Positions 37,829 through 47,086 of a stretch of 64,000 bases of DNA are shown one piece after another; the stretch's first letter is position 1, and each line of letters opens with the position of its first letter. The notes under the pieces were generated by a model. That model was not told the origin of the DNA. It ran no database searches and saw nothing but the letters and a program-made list of their open reading frames with translations. Made by a program: the position numbers and the translations under genes. Origin of the DNA: a virus (lineage: Duplodnaviria > Caudoviricetes); the IMG/VR virus record IMGVR_UViG_3300044675_005052; one strand, 5' to 3'.

Positions 37829-39205
37829 ATGAGACTAACTAACACATTATCAACTTTAATTACAGAACAATCGCGTTTCCAAGTGTTATATGACAAATTG
37901 GTAAAACCTTCTGACAAGCCAACAAGACCGGGTGAGAAACCTAAAGGGGCGATGGATTTTGAAACATTAAAGGCTATTATACTTGCTGACCCAACCACAA
38001 TCGTTCCTGAAGGAATGGATATTGACACTATTTCTTTAAAGGATATGGAAAAAGTTAAAGTTGGGAAATACTCTCAATGGCTACTTAAAAACTTCATAAA
38101 ACCGGTATTTACCGATGAGAATGCTGGTTTAGAACCGGGAACACCTGAATATAAAAAGGCCGCTCAAGAGTATAGAAGATTATTCTTGGAGGATTTATAT
38201 AAAGTAACTTCTGACTTAAGAAAATACGAAAAAGTTAAACAATACTTACCTCAAGAGGCGAGAGATATTAACAAAATAACTGCTGCTGAGTTATTCAAAT
38301 TATTGGATGAGTTCGTAATGCCGGAGAAAAAACAAAAAGAATTAGAGAAGAAGGTAGCTAAGAAGACCCGAGAAGGATTTAATCACGCAGGTGGTGAGAT
38401 TGTATGGGAAGGTCCAAATTGGACTATGATTAGAATCTCTGATAAAGGTGAAGTAGGAAAAGACGCTGCGGTTTATTACGGTGGATTCCACGAATATGAC
38501 CAAGGAGAATCAAGATGGTGTACATCATCACCTGGTTTAACTTACTTCAACGGATATATTAAAGATGGTCCATTATATGTTGTATTCCCTAATGACGATA
38601 AAGGTGAGGTTGGTTTAAAAACCGGTTTACCAAAAGAAAGATACCAATTCCACTTCCCATCTAATCAATATATGGATAGAACGGACAGACAAATTAACTT
38701 GGTTGAATACTTGAATGGTCCTATGTCGGAACTTAAAGATTTCTTCAAACCTGAATTTGCTAAAGGATTAGTTAAAGCTGGTACAAGTGATGTTGTGGAT
38801 ATTTCTTATCCTGATAATGCGGCAGGTAAATTTGTTGCGTTATATGGTTTTGATGAATTGTTTGAAAGTTTACCTGATACGATTGTTAGATTATTAATCA
38901 GTAATAAATCAAATGAGAATATTGCTTTAGATGTTCCGGAATCAATCGGTAGATTTAAAAACCTACAAGCATTAAAATTAGAGAAAATTTGTAGAACTAT
39001 TCCAAGTTCAGTTTGTGAATTAAAAGAATTGAATTTCTTGGCTCTACCAAATAACAAAGATTTAAAATCTTTACCTGAATGTTTAATCAACTTAACTGAT
39101 TTAGCGTTTATCAATTTAAAAGATAGTAACCCAAATGTTGAAATCCCACCAAAATTAAAGGAGAGATTGACAGACGAAGGAATGGGATTCTATTATTTTG
39201 ACTAG
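37829..39205 (+). CDS. Protein with LITE leader, central WCT domain and C-terminal leucine-rich repeats
   Basis: RWCTSSPG...GPLYV...YQFHF core; LRRs VPESIGRFKNLQALKL, IPSSVCELKELNFLAL, LPECLINLTDLAFINL. Confidence 0.75.
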   Translation: MRLTNTLSTLITEQSRFQVLYDKLVKPSDKPTRPGEKPKGAMDFETLKAIILADPTTIVPEGMDIDTISLKDMEKVKVGKYSQWLLKNFIKPVFTDENAGLEPGTPEYKKAAQEYRRLFLEDLYKVTSDLRKYEKVKQYLPQEARDINKITAAELFKLLDEFVMPEKKQKELEKKVAKKTREGFNHAGGEIVWEGPNWTMIRISDKGEVGKDAAVYYGGFHEYDQGESRWCTSSPGLTYFNGYIKDGPLYVVFPNDDKGEVGLKTGLPKERYQFHFPSNQYMDRTDRQINLVEYLNGPMSELKDFFKPEFAKGLVKAGTSDVVDISYPDNAAGKFVALYGFDELFESLPDTIVRLLISNKSNENIALDVPESIGRFKNLQALKLEKICRTIPSSVCELKELNFLALPNNKDLKSLPECLINLTDLAFINLKDSNPNVEIPPKLKERLTDEGMGFYYFD

Positions 39206-39230
39206 TATTAATATTTAAACACCATACAAA

Positions 39231-39521
39231 ATGAAAAATGTTGACGTTGAAATCTACATTAATCAATTTAAAACTTTCTTTAACAACAACCCCAACGACT
39301 TAATTCAGTTGATTGGGGATGTTTTAAAGGATGACTTCTACGATAGAGTAAAACAACAATCATTAGATAACGTTGAGAACGGAGAGGACGTTTCTTTAAC
39401 TCAAAAACAAATCATATCTATTGTTGTATCACTTAAACAATCTCAAAACGATGAGGTTGATATGGATAAGATTAAGTCCATAATTTATCACACAGAATTT
39501 GCACACTTTTCTCTTAACTAA
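39231..39521 (+). CDS. Hypothetical protein
   Basis: 96-aa ORF. Confidence 0.65.
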   Translation: MKNVDVEIYINQFKTFFNNNPNDLIQLIGDVLKDDFYDRVKQQSLDNVENGEDVSLTQKQIISIVVSLKQSQNDEVDMDKIKSIIYHTEFAHFSLN

Positions 39522-39523
39522 TT

Positions 39524-39555
39524 TGTATAACTAAGATTATTGTATTATCTTTGTA
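39524..39555 (+). promoter_or_regulatory. Bacteroidota-type promoter (TTTG...TATCTTTG)
   Basis: TTTG upstream and GTATTATCTTTGTA at 39542-39555, before ATG 39572. Confidence 0.6.
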
Positions 39556-39571
39556 TTCTTAATTGTGTTGT

Positions 39572-41308
39572 ATGAGAGAAGAATTATTTAACCTTACTAG
39601 AAAAGAATATCGGGTATATGAATACTCCGACACCAATCGTATTATAACTAAACAGGAAGAAGAGATTGACGTATTTGGTGGTATGATAACACCATTTCGT
39701 AGTAGTGCGCCTTGGGGTCATTTTGATATGAAGGGTGATTACAATACTGAAGAAAAATTTAACGAGCACTATGGTAACCCGATGGCTTCTGTTGATATGA
39801 CACGAAGAATTATGTGTGTTACAACCGAGGGTGATAAGATTACCTTCAAGTTGTTTTGGTACAACAGACGAAGAAGGGTAACCTCAAAATGGTTTAAAAC
39901 TAGCACTCAATGTAAGTTTATCACATTCAACCATAAGACCAACGCGTTATATACTGGTACGTTGGATAACTACCACTTAAAAAGAAAGTGCCGTAAAAGA
40001 ATTAGAAGAACATTATTTAATTCTGACCCTATCAATACGTTAAGAAGATGGATACGAGACACGTTTAGTTCTGAAGAACAAAAAACTATTGATGTCCCAA
40101 CCATTGTTAACCAAGTGGTCTCTGTGTATGTAAATTCAATTCCGGGAACAGAAAAATATCCTACATTATTACCGGAACAAAAAATTTATAGACGATACTT
40201 AGATGCTCAAGGAATCAAATACCCTGACAATTGGTTTGAACTTGCCGACGCTTATCCTCAACCAAAGAAGAAAGATTTGGTTAAGTGTGAGTATAAGTAT
40301 ATTGATGCCTTAATGAGGGTTCATAATTTGAAGGGGGATAAAGTTAAGAAGATGTTACATCAGGTTGATAGATTTTTAGATGGTAGTCATTTTGATTTGT
40401 CTTGTGAATTTTTTGGAGAGAAATTCATTCTAAATCAATCTGAAGAATTTATTAAAAAATTGTTGGAAACAACAACATTAACTAAAATTTCTTTGGGGGT
40501 TTTGAATGGTAGTGGATTATCTAAATCGGAGCGTTCAAACTTTTTTGAGATTTATAAATTATACTATAATAAGTTAATTGATTATCATACAATCAGTGAC
40601 CACTTTAGATTTTATATATTTTTAAAAGATTTAGAACCAATTAAATGGAAGTCAAATACTCACGATGAATTTACTCAAGAACACTACGATTGGTCTGAGA
40701 AGTTTAATCATTATACCAATGGTGACTTCAGAAGAATTTACAACCCAACTTTTGTTGAGAAGGTTAACGAGGCGATATTAACCAAAGATGGTCCGTATTT
40801 CCCGGAGGTATTATTAACATCCAAACGATATAATAATGAGTCGTTCTTCCAAAACAATTGTGTTAAAACGTACATCAAACGAGTTGATTCTTTACTAATC
40901 TCTATGAGACGAGGTCAGGGTGATACTGAAGAGAGAGCGTCAATAGAATATCGTATTACTTTACCTTCTCAACATAATACGTTTGATTTAGAGAGAGTTC
41001 AAACTTTGGGGAAATTTAATCAAAGATTGGATGAAAGTTGGGATGACGCATTAATTAAATTGGATAATAAAATTTACCAATATGAGGATTTGTTTGATAT
41101 CTTACAGATTGATGGCGAATTTGGGGGTAGAAAAGTGTTTTCTGATTGGGTTGCTAAAGAAGTTGAAATATATTCGGTTACAAAAACAGGAAAAAATGGT
41201 ACTGAAATGAGATTATCTTGGAAAAACGATTCAATAATGAAATTAAATTCATATAATTACAATGTTGCACCGGCTCAAATGTGGGGTGACGACGAATTAG
41301 GATTTTAA
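39572..41308 (+). CDS. PcfJ-like domain protein
   Basis: C-terminal ESFFQNNCVKTY...ERASIEY...VQTLGKFN fits the PcfJ pattern. Confidence 0.6.
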   Translation: MREELFNLTRKEYRVYEYSDTNRIITKQEEEIDVFGGMITPFRSSAPWGHFDMKGDYNTEEKFNEHYGNPMASVDMTRRIMCVTTEGDKITFKLFWYNRRRRVTSKWFKTSTQCKFITFNHKTNALYTGTLDNYHLKRKCRKRIRRTLFNSDPINTLRRWIRDTFSSEEQKTIDVPTIVNQVVSVYVNSIPGTEKYPTLLPEQKIYRRYLDAQGIKYPDNWFELADAYPQPKKKDLVKCEYKYIDALMRVHNLKGDKVKKMLHQVDRFLDGSHFDLSCEFFGEKFILNQSEEFIKKLLETTTLTKISLGVLNGSGLSKSERSNFFEIYKLYYNKLIDYHTISDHFRFYIFLKDLEPIKWKSNTHDEFTQEHYDWSEKFNHYTNGDFRRIYNPTFVEKVNEAILTKDGPYFPEVLLTSKRYNNESFFQNNCVKTYIKRVDSLLISMRRGQGDTEERASIEYRITLPSQHNTFDLERVQTLGKFNQRLDESWDDALIKLDNKIYQYEDLFDILQIDGEFGGRKVFSDWVAKEVEIYSVTKTGKNGTEMRLSWKNDSIMKLNSYNYNVAPAQMWGDDELGF

Positions 41309-41309
41309 T

Positions 41310-41630
41310 ATGAAAGAAATACCACAACATTGTATTGATACCTTCAAGGAAAGGTTTGGAGCACATCCTAGTATTGTAGAATTATACCCTACAATGTCTA
41401 GTGAAGATACCGATAAGTTTTTAAGTAAAGCTCATTTGTTATGGTTTGAAAATTTTGTGAATGACGAATATAAGATTGTTCCTATGGACAGATTATATGA
41501 ATATGACTCTAGTGGTATTTTAATACTCCGAAAGTCCCATACCAAGATATTTATTTTAACAAAGGTGGATAAACAAAACGTGGTAGATTTTATATTACTA
41601 CAATTAAAAAGATTAACAAAAAAAGATTAA
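41310..41630 (+). CDS. Hypothetical protein
   Basis: 106-aa ORF. Confidence 0.6.
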   Translation: MKEIPQHCIDTFKERFGAHPSIVELYPTMSSEDTDKFLSKAHLLWFENFVNDEYKIVPMDRLYEYDSSGILILRKSHTKIFILTKVDKQNVVDFILLQLKRLTKKD

Positions 41631-41633
41631 AAA

Positions 41634-41957
41634 ATGGAAATTACACAAGAATTATTACAAGAAAAAATTAACAATGGTGAAAAATTAGTGGTTGACTTTT
41701 GGGCTCCATGGTGTGGACCTTGTAAAGTTATGAAACCGGCTTTTGAAAAAGTTTCTGAAGAATTTAGAAACGAAAACTCTGAAGTTCAATTGTTCACCTT
41801 AAATGTTGAAGAAAATAAAGAGTTTGCTGCTTCATTAGGTATTAGAGCAATTCCTACGGTTAAATCATTTTCAGATGGTAAAGAAGTTTATTCTCAACCG
41901 GGAATGCAAATGGAAAGTCAAATTAAACAATTAGTGACTAACCTAATCAATGGATAA
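41634..41957 (+). CDS. trxA: Thioredoxin
   Basis: VVDFWAPWCGPC and IRAIPT motifs. Confidence 0.92.
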   Translation: MEITQELLQEKINNGEKLVVDFWAPWCGPCKVMKPAFEKVSEEFRNENSEVQLFTLNVEENKEFAASLGIRAIPTVKSFSDGKEVYSQPGMQMESQIKQLVTNLING

Positions 41958-42234
41958 GTTATTAATTCTTTTCACTATGAAAGGTTGTCCTTATTGTGAT
42001 ATGATGAAGGAACAACTTATTAAAAATGATATTGGATTTGTTATAAGAGATATTGATGAACATAAAGATGAATATGATATGTTTGTCGAAGTAACTGAAA
42101 ACGAATTTGTCCCAGCTTTTATGATTGTGGAATCTCCGGATGAATCACCTAAAAGTTATTTATACGCACCTGAAAGAGATTTTGATGAAATTGATGAAGG
42201 TGTTGAAATAATTAAAGAACATTTTAAAAAATAA
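41950..42234 (+). CDS. Glutaredoxin-like protein
   Basis: FTMKGCPYC and FVPAF (cis-Pro) motifs. Confidence 0.8.
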   Translation: MDKLLILFTMKGCPYCDMMKEQLIKNDIGFVIRDIDEHKDEYDMFVEVTENEFVPAFMIVESPDESPKSYLYAPERDFDEIDEGVEIIKEHFKK

Positions 42235-42264
42235 AAAAAATCCCCTTAATTGGGGATTTTCTTT
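42234..42264. terminator. Bidirectional terminator
   Basis: AAAATCCCC-ttaatt-GGGGATTTT between convergent genes. Confidence 0.75.
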
Positions 42265-43086
42265 TTAAAATAGTATAAGGTCTTTAATTTTATCTCTGGT
42301 TAGCCAAGGTTTTTTATCGAATGGCAAAGTAGTGTCTTCAATAATATCATAATTCTTAATCTTATCGTTAAACATCAACATATCAAAATCAAACACGTCT
42401 AACACCATTGATATTATATCTTTTTTTGGATGTATTGAATTACTAACAATGTCAATTTGATTATCCTCATCCACTTTAACAGAAGAATATTTAAAAGTTA
42501 ACTTGTCTGTTAGTAGTACATTAAATAATTGATTACAGATGTATTCTGAATAGTATAACTCTTGTCTACCCATACTTAAACTATATCCGTGTGGAAACTC
42601 CGATGAAATATTTAATGGTGAGTATGTGTAATAATTTAAATTAGAGGTATCATCTTCAGAATAATCTAATTCGTATTCTAATCTATTGTTATTATACGAT
42701 ATTGAATTGAATTTAGGTTGGGGATTATCAATTAAATCGTTCATTATAGATGAATGATATATTGGTCGTGAAGAATTATGGAAATCAAAAATATATTCGG
42801 GTTTTTTGGATAATTCAGTGTCATATATAATAACATCGATAATATTTAAAATTTTATATCCAAATTGTTCCATTAAAGGTTGATATTCTTTATAGAATTC
42901 CTCTTTAACAATTACCATATCCAATATTTTATCTGAATTGGTTAATCCATTGACTATGAAAAATTTACCACAATCGGTAACTTCAATAACAACATCGTAT
43001 TGATTGGTTTTGTTTATCTCTTTTACTAAAAAGTCCGCGAACAGGTTTACAATCCCTTTGTTTGAATTTTCATTTACGTATTTCAT
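42265..43086 (-). CDS. Degenerate S-adenosylmethionine synthetase (MetK)-like protein
   Basis: N-terminal NSNKGIVNLFADFL...IEVTDCGKFFIVNGLTNS and FPHGYSLSMGRQELYYSEYI loosely follow the MetK layout; HPDK and other catalytic motifs missing. Confidence 0.45.
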   Translation of the reverse strand: MKYVNENSNKGIVNLFADFLVKEINKTNQYDVVIEVTDCGKFFIVNGLTNSDKILDMVIVKEEFYKEYQPLMEQFGYKILNIIDVIIYDTELSKKPEYIFDFHNSSRPIYHSSIMNDLIDNPQPKFNSISYNNNRLEYELDYSEDDTSNLNYYTYSPLNISSEFPHGYSLSMGRQELYYSEYICNQLFNVLLTDKLTFKYSSVKVDEDNQIDIVSNSIHPKKDIISMVLDVFDFDMLMFNDKIKNYDIIEDTTLPFDKKPWLTRDKIKDLILF

Positions 43087-43134
43087 ATTTTTAAATTATA
43101 TGAAAGGATATACAAATTAAATTTAATTATAAAT

Positions 43135-43165
43135 AAAAAAGGGACAAAAAGTCCCTTTATTTTTT
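43135..43165. terminator. Terminator hairpin
   Basis: AAAGGGAC-aaaaa-GTCCCTTT with flanking A/T tracts. Confidence 0.7.
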
Positions 43166-43178
43166 TAAACACAAAATA

Positions 43179-43337
43179 TTATTTTTTAGTGTAATATCTC
43201 TCAACAACTTTACGAATAGATTCTTGTATTGGCTGAGTTTTTGGAGCTTGAGCCTGAACCTGCTGTAGAGTTTGAGATTGACTTGATTGTTGTGTCGTTT
43301 GTGTTTGTTGTGCTTTGTTTTTACATCCGCAACCCAT
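43179..43337 (-). CDS. Small Gln/Thr-rich protein with MGCGCK start (52 aa, not in ORF track)
   Basis: MGCGCKNKAQQTQTTQQSSQSQTLQQVQAQAPKTQPIQESIRKVVERYYTKK*; late motif at 43366-43372. Confidence 0.65.
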   Translation of the reverse strand: MGCGCKNKAQQTQTTQQSSQSQTLQQVQAQAPKTQPIQESIRKVVERYYTKK

Positions 43338-43428
43338 GATTATTTTTATTTAAACGTTTATAACCATAAATATCATATATAATGATAATATGTAAATATA
43401 TTTTATATCTTTGTGTATATTTATTAAT

Positions 43429-44793
43429 ATGGGTAATAAAATAGTTTTAACGAATAAAGATTTACATCAGATTGTAAAACAAATCAAGGAACAAGTTGAG
43501 GGTGATTATTATAAGATATCACCTGAAGAATATATACAATTAATGTCTTTAGGTAGTTATCACGGGAAAGCGATAACTAAAATGAAAAAGTTTCAAGGTA
43601 AACCATTATGGATAACCGGAGATTTAAATCTATCTAGTACCCCAACAGATAGTTTAGGGAATGTTGGATATGTTGATGGAAGTTTAAATATCTCATATAC
43701 TAATGTTTCTAATATAACAGGCACTAAAGTTAAAAGTTGGGTTTCTGATTCTAATAGTCCTCGTGAACGATTTAGAGATAAAGAGGAATTAAATGCTAAA
43801 CTTACTATACAAGAATCTCTTCGTGAGAATGATGAATGGGCTTTAGAAAAAGGTGATGAAACCGGAGAAAAGGCTCGTGCATTATTTGATAATTTAATTA
43901 ATAATGGGGAGATTGAACCATTATCAGATGAAGACAAAGAAAAATTAACAATCTTGCAACGTAAACTCCAAGATTTGGAAGAAGAATATAATGACCTTGA
44001 TGATAATGATGAGAGAGCCTATGAGTTGCAAGATGCTATTGATGAAACACAATCAGAAATTGATGAATTAGAAGAGAATAATGTGGATGTCTATATGATG
44101 TATCCACAACCAAGATATACTCATTATGGTTTACAACAATTTGAGGTTTTAATACCTGGTTTCAAAAATAATGAATATACTGTTGGAACTGAAGAAGAGA
44201 TGGATGATGCGGCGTTACAATATGCTAAAAATTACGTTGATGATGTGGGTGCTGATGGATTTAGTGAATCATTTATTGAAGATTATTTGGATGTTGATGC
44301 AATTGTAAGTATGGCTGAAGATGATTATGAATATCAAGTTAGAGATTATCCTGATAGTTATTTTAGTGATGACGATTATGAATTGACTTCGGAACAAGAA
44401 GAAAGAATAGAACAGATTGAGTCACAAATAGAAGATTTAGAACAACAAAAACTTGAATTAGACTCAGATGATGAGAATTATTATGACTACGAAGAAGATT
44501 TAGATAATCAAATTCAGGTTCTCCAAGAAGAATTAGATGATATTGAACCTGACACTGAACCAAGTGAAGATATGATTGATAATATGGTTCAGAGTTTAGT
44601 TAGAGACGTAAGAAGAGACCCATTAGATTATCTTAAAAACTATGGTTTAGACTTTAAGGAATATGTAGATGAAGACGCTTTAGCTCAAGGGTTAGTTGAC
44701 TCTGATGGTTGGGGTGTTATGAATAGTTATGACGGTCAATATGATAGTGAAGAAGTTAATGGGGTAACCTATTATATTATGAGAACTAACTAA
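43429..44793 (+). CDS. Very acidic protein with IKE leader
   Basis: Asp/Glu-dominated; two acidic coiled coils; short ITGDLNLS/VDGSLNIS repeat; TATTTAT at 43418-43424; start moved to ATG 43429. Confidence 0.75.
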   Translation: MGNKIVLTNKDLHQIVKQIKEQVEGDYYKISPEEYIQLMSLGSYHGKAITKMKKFQGKPLWITGDLNLSSTPTDSLGNVGYVDGSLNISYTNVSNITGTKVKSWVSDSNSPRERFRDKEELNAKLTIQESLRENDEWALEKGDETGEKARALFDNLINNGEIEPLSDEDKEKLTILQRKLQDLEEEYNDLDDNDERAYELQDAIDETQSEIDELEENNVDVYMMYPQPRYTHYGLQQFEVLIPGFKNNEYTVGTEEEMDDAALQYAKNYVDDVGADGFSESFIEDYLDVDAIVSMAEDDYEYQVRDYPDSYFSDDDYELTSEQEERIEQIESQIEDLEQQKLELDSDDENYYDYEEDLDNQIQVLQEELDDIEPDTEPSEDMIDNMVQSLVRDVRRDPLDYLKNYGLDFKEYVDEDALAQGLVDSDGWGVMNSYDGQYDSEEVNGVTYYIMRTN

Positions 44794-44841
44794 AACTATT
44801 CCTTTTTCCAATCTTTTCCTGTATATTTTAAATAATTGAAT

Positions 44842-45609
44842 ATGGAAATGAAACAGAAAAATAAAAATAGATTTATAATGGATACCGATTGGTTATTTGA
44901 CGGTATTCTCGACGCCGAACAAAAACAGTATGTTTTATTGGACTACTTTCAAAAGATGAATAAACATCTTGAGAGAATGGAGGTCTACCCGATGTTTATT
45001 GAACTTTCACTACATTTGGGTAATATACAGACCTTACTCACACAAAACAAAATCTTATACGTAGATAGAAAATTAACATCCAATGACGATGAACTAGTGT
45101 TATCCGATTTGAAGGTTAAAGACATCCCCATTTTAGATGATGAGGAAGTAATTGAATATCATAAAATATTAAAAAATAGTCAACCACAACTACACGACTA
45201 TTTCAATTTTGCAAAATCAATATGGAGTATTGTTTATGACTCTATAGAGGTTGTTGTGAAAAAAAACAAAAACAATCTACAAAGTAAATCCGGATTTTTT
45301 TATTACAAGCAACCCGATAATTTATACATTTGGCAATACACTACAAGAAAAGTGTATAAGACCAAAGGACAAACAAAAACCTCTCTAAAATTAATTTTCA
45401 AAGGACAACAGGATAGTTTGACAATCCCAGAAATTATCTCTACATTTTCTAAAACCTATGAAAAAAACAATGAAGTTGATTATCCAATTTTTGAAGTATT
45501 TTGTAGTGATGTGTTTCCATTAGAACAAACACTTGTACCAATCTTTAAAAGAAAAGTATTATCATATATTAATCAAAGCGTTAAAATTACAAGAAAATTA
45601 TTATCATAA
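44842..45609 (+). CDS. Hypothetical protein
   Basis: ~255-aa ORF; ATG at 44842. Confidence 0.7.
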   Translation: MEMKQKNKNRFIMDTDWLFDGILDAEQKQYVLLDYFQKMNKHLERMEVYPMFIELSLHLGNIQTLLTQNKILYVDRKLTSNDDELVLSDLKVKDIPILDDEEVIEYHKILKNSQPQLHDYFNFAKSIWSIVYDSIEVVVKKNKNNLQSKSGFFYYKQPDNLYIWQYTTRKVYKTKGQTKTSLKLIFKGQQDSLTIPEIISTFSKTYEKNNEVDYPIFEVFCSDVFPLEQTLVPIFKRKVLSYINQSVKITRKLLS

Positions 45610-45791
45610 TGGACAAAAGACAGATTAAATCGTTAATGGATAAGTTAAGACAACCAATCCACATTAGTTATATTTCAAGGTATATTATTAAAAAAGATAT
45701 TGATGAAACAAAAAAACAATTAGATATTTTAATATCTGAAGGTTATATTAAGGAAAGTAAATTAAGTCAAGGATATTATGTGGCTGTCTAA
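45609..45791 (+). CDS. Small putative winged-helix protein
   Basis: 60 aa; HISYIS...LDILISEGYIKES pattern; coupled start. Confidence 0.5.
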   Translation: MDKRQIKSLMDKLRQPIHISYISRYIIKKDIDETKKQLDILISEGYIKESKLSQGYYVAV

Positions 45792-45999
45792 AAAAACATA
45801 TAACATTGGTTATCGTTGTAGTCAGACCGTGATTAAGTTTTTTAAGTACTCAATTTTATATAGTACGTCACCATCCGGATGGTCTATTAGGTTTAATAAT
45901 GGGATTGGAGTTAATGTTACAACAAAACCTTTATTCTCAGTTAGAAATGGGTATGTAAAAAGTATTAAGTTAGGAAAATATTATATAGTAAAATTATGA
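45778..45999 (+). CDS. Hypothetical protein
   Basis: 73-aa ORF overlapping neighbours. Confidence 0.5.
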   Translation: MWLSKKTYNIGYRCSQTVIKFFKYSILYSTSPSGWSIRFNNGIGVNVTTKPLFSVRNGYVKSIKLGKYYIVKL

Positions 46000-46226
46000 G
46001 TAAAGAAATGGTAAACCACCCGGAACATTACGGGGGTCAAGACAATCCGTATGAGGTTGTAAAAGTGTGTGAGGCTTGGGGTCTTGATAAAGATGCTTAC
46101 ATATTCAATGTTGTAAAATATGTTGCAAGAGCAGGTAAGAAAGATACAGATAAAGAACTTCAGGATATGAAAAAAGCATTATGGTATTTGAATCGTAAAA
46201 TTGAACGTCTTGAGAGTAACGGTTGA
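45996..46226 (+). CDS. DUF3310 family protein
   Basis: VNHPEHYG...NVVKYVARAGKK...DMKKALWYL. Confidence 0.85.
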   Translation: MSKEMVNHPEHYGGQDNPYEVVKVCEAWGLDKDAYIFNVVKYVARAGKKDTDKELQDMKKALWYLNRKIERLESNG

Positions 46227-46512
46227 TATTGATGAATACGCGGAAGGTGCGGTTCTATTGGATGGATTAGAAGGTGCTATCGTTGGGATAGTTGAGGACT
46301 TCGGTTCTCCGGGAAGAAAGATGTTATATTCCAAACAAGGAATATTAAATATACTACAAGAGAGAGACCTAATGACTTATGGTGAGGCAGAAGAGTTTTA
46401 CGATTATAATATATTAGGATTACACGCGGGTGAACAAAACGCAGTATTTTTAGATTTAGAAATAAAACCAATAAAAAAAGAAGATGGTTGGGAATACCAA
46501 CTGAAAGAGTAA
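46201..46512 (+). CDS. Conserved phage hypothetical protein
   Basis: LLDGLEGAIVG...EAEEFYDYNILG; start uncertain (TTG). Confidence 0.65.
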   Translation: MNVLRVTVDIDEYAEGAVLLDGLEGAIVGIVEDFGSPGRKMLYSKQGILNILQERDLMTYGEAEEFYDYNILGLHAGEQNAVFLDLEIKPIKKEDGWEYQLKE

Positions 46513-46513
46513 T

Positions 46514-47086
46514 ATGGCAAATGTAATGACAACATATGTTAAGATTGTTAATCTTAACGAAGAAACGTTTTTAAAATTTAGTGATTTATTTAAAACTGAA
46601 AATGACAATAGTTCTTATGTAGAATTAGTAAATCATTTTAATAAATTATTTGATGAGAAATTTAGTGAACCGGATAATGTTATGGACCGAGAATGGATGG
46701 AACAAAACATTGGTTCAAAGTGGATTACCGTTGAATTTGGTGATGATGGATACACACCTGAAGTTGATGTGATAATCGAAAGTGCTTGGAGTGTTCCTAC
46801 GGAATATATTCAAAAAGTGGTTGAGGTTTTAAATCGGATGGATAAAGATATTGTAGCTTATGGTACATACGAAGATGAAGGATTTTCACCTATCGGTGCG
46901 TTTGTTTACGGATATGATTATGATGATATTGAAGATTACGATGAAGAAGTTGATTTTGATGAAATGATGAATGACGACGAGTATCATGAAAAAACGTATG
47001 ATGAACTATATTCATTAAGAGATAGTTTATATAATTCATATCTTGAAGCAAAAAAAGAAAGAGAAGAAGATGATAGAAACGGGTAA
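46514..47086 (+). CDS. Acidic hypothetical protein
   Basis: 190 aa; WMEQNIGSKW...ESAWSVP. Confidence 0.65.
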   Translation: MANVMTTYVKIVNLNEETFLKFSDLFKTENDNSSYVELVNHFNKLFDEKFSEPDNVMDREWMEQNIGSKWITVEFGDDGYTPEVDVIIESAWSVPTEYIQKVVEVLNRMDKDIVAYGTYEDEGFSPIGAFVYGYDYDDIEDYDEEVDFDEMMNDDEYHEKTYDELYSLRDSLYNSYLEAKKEREEDDRNG

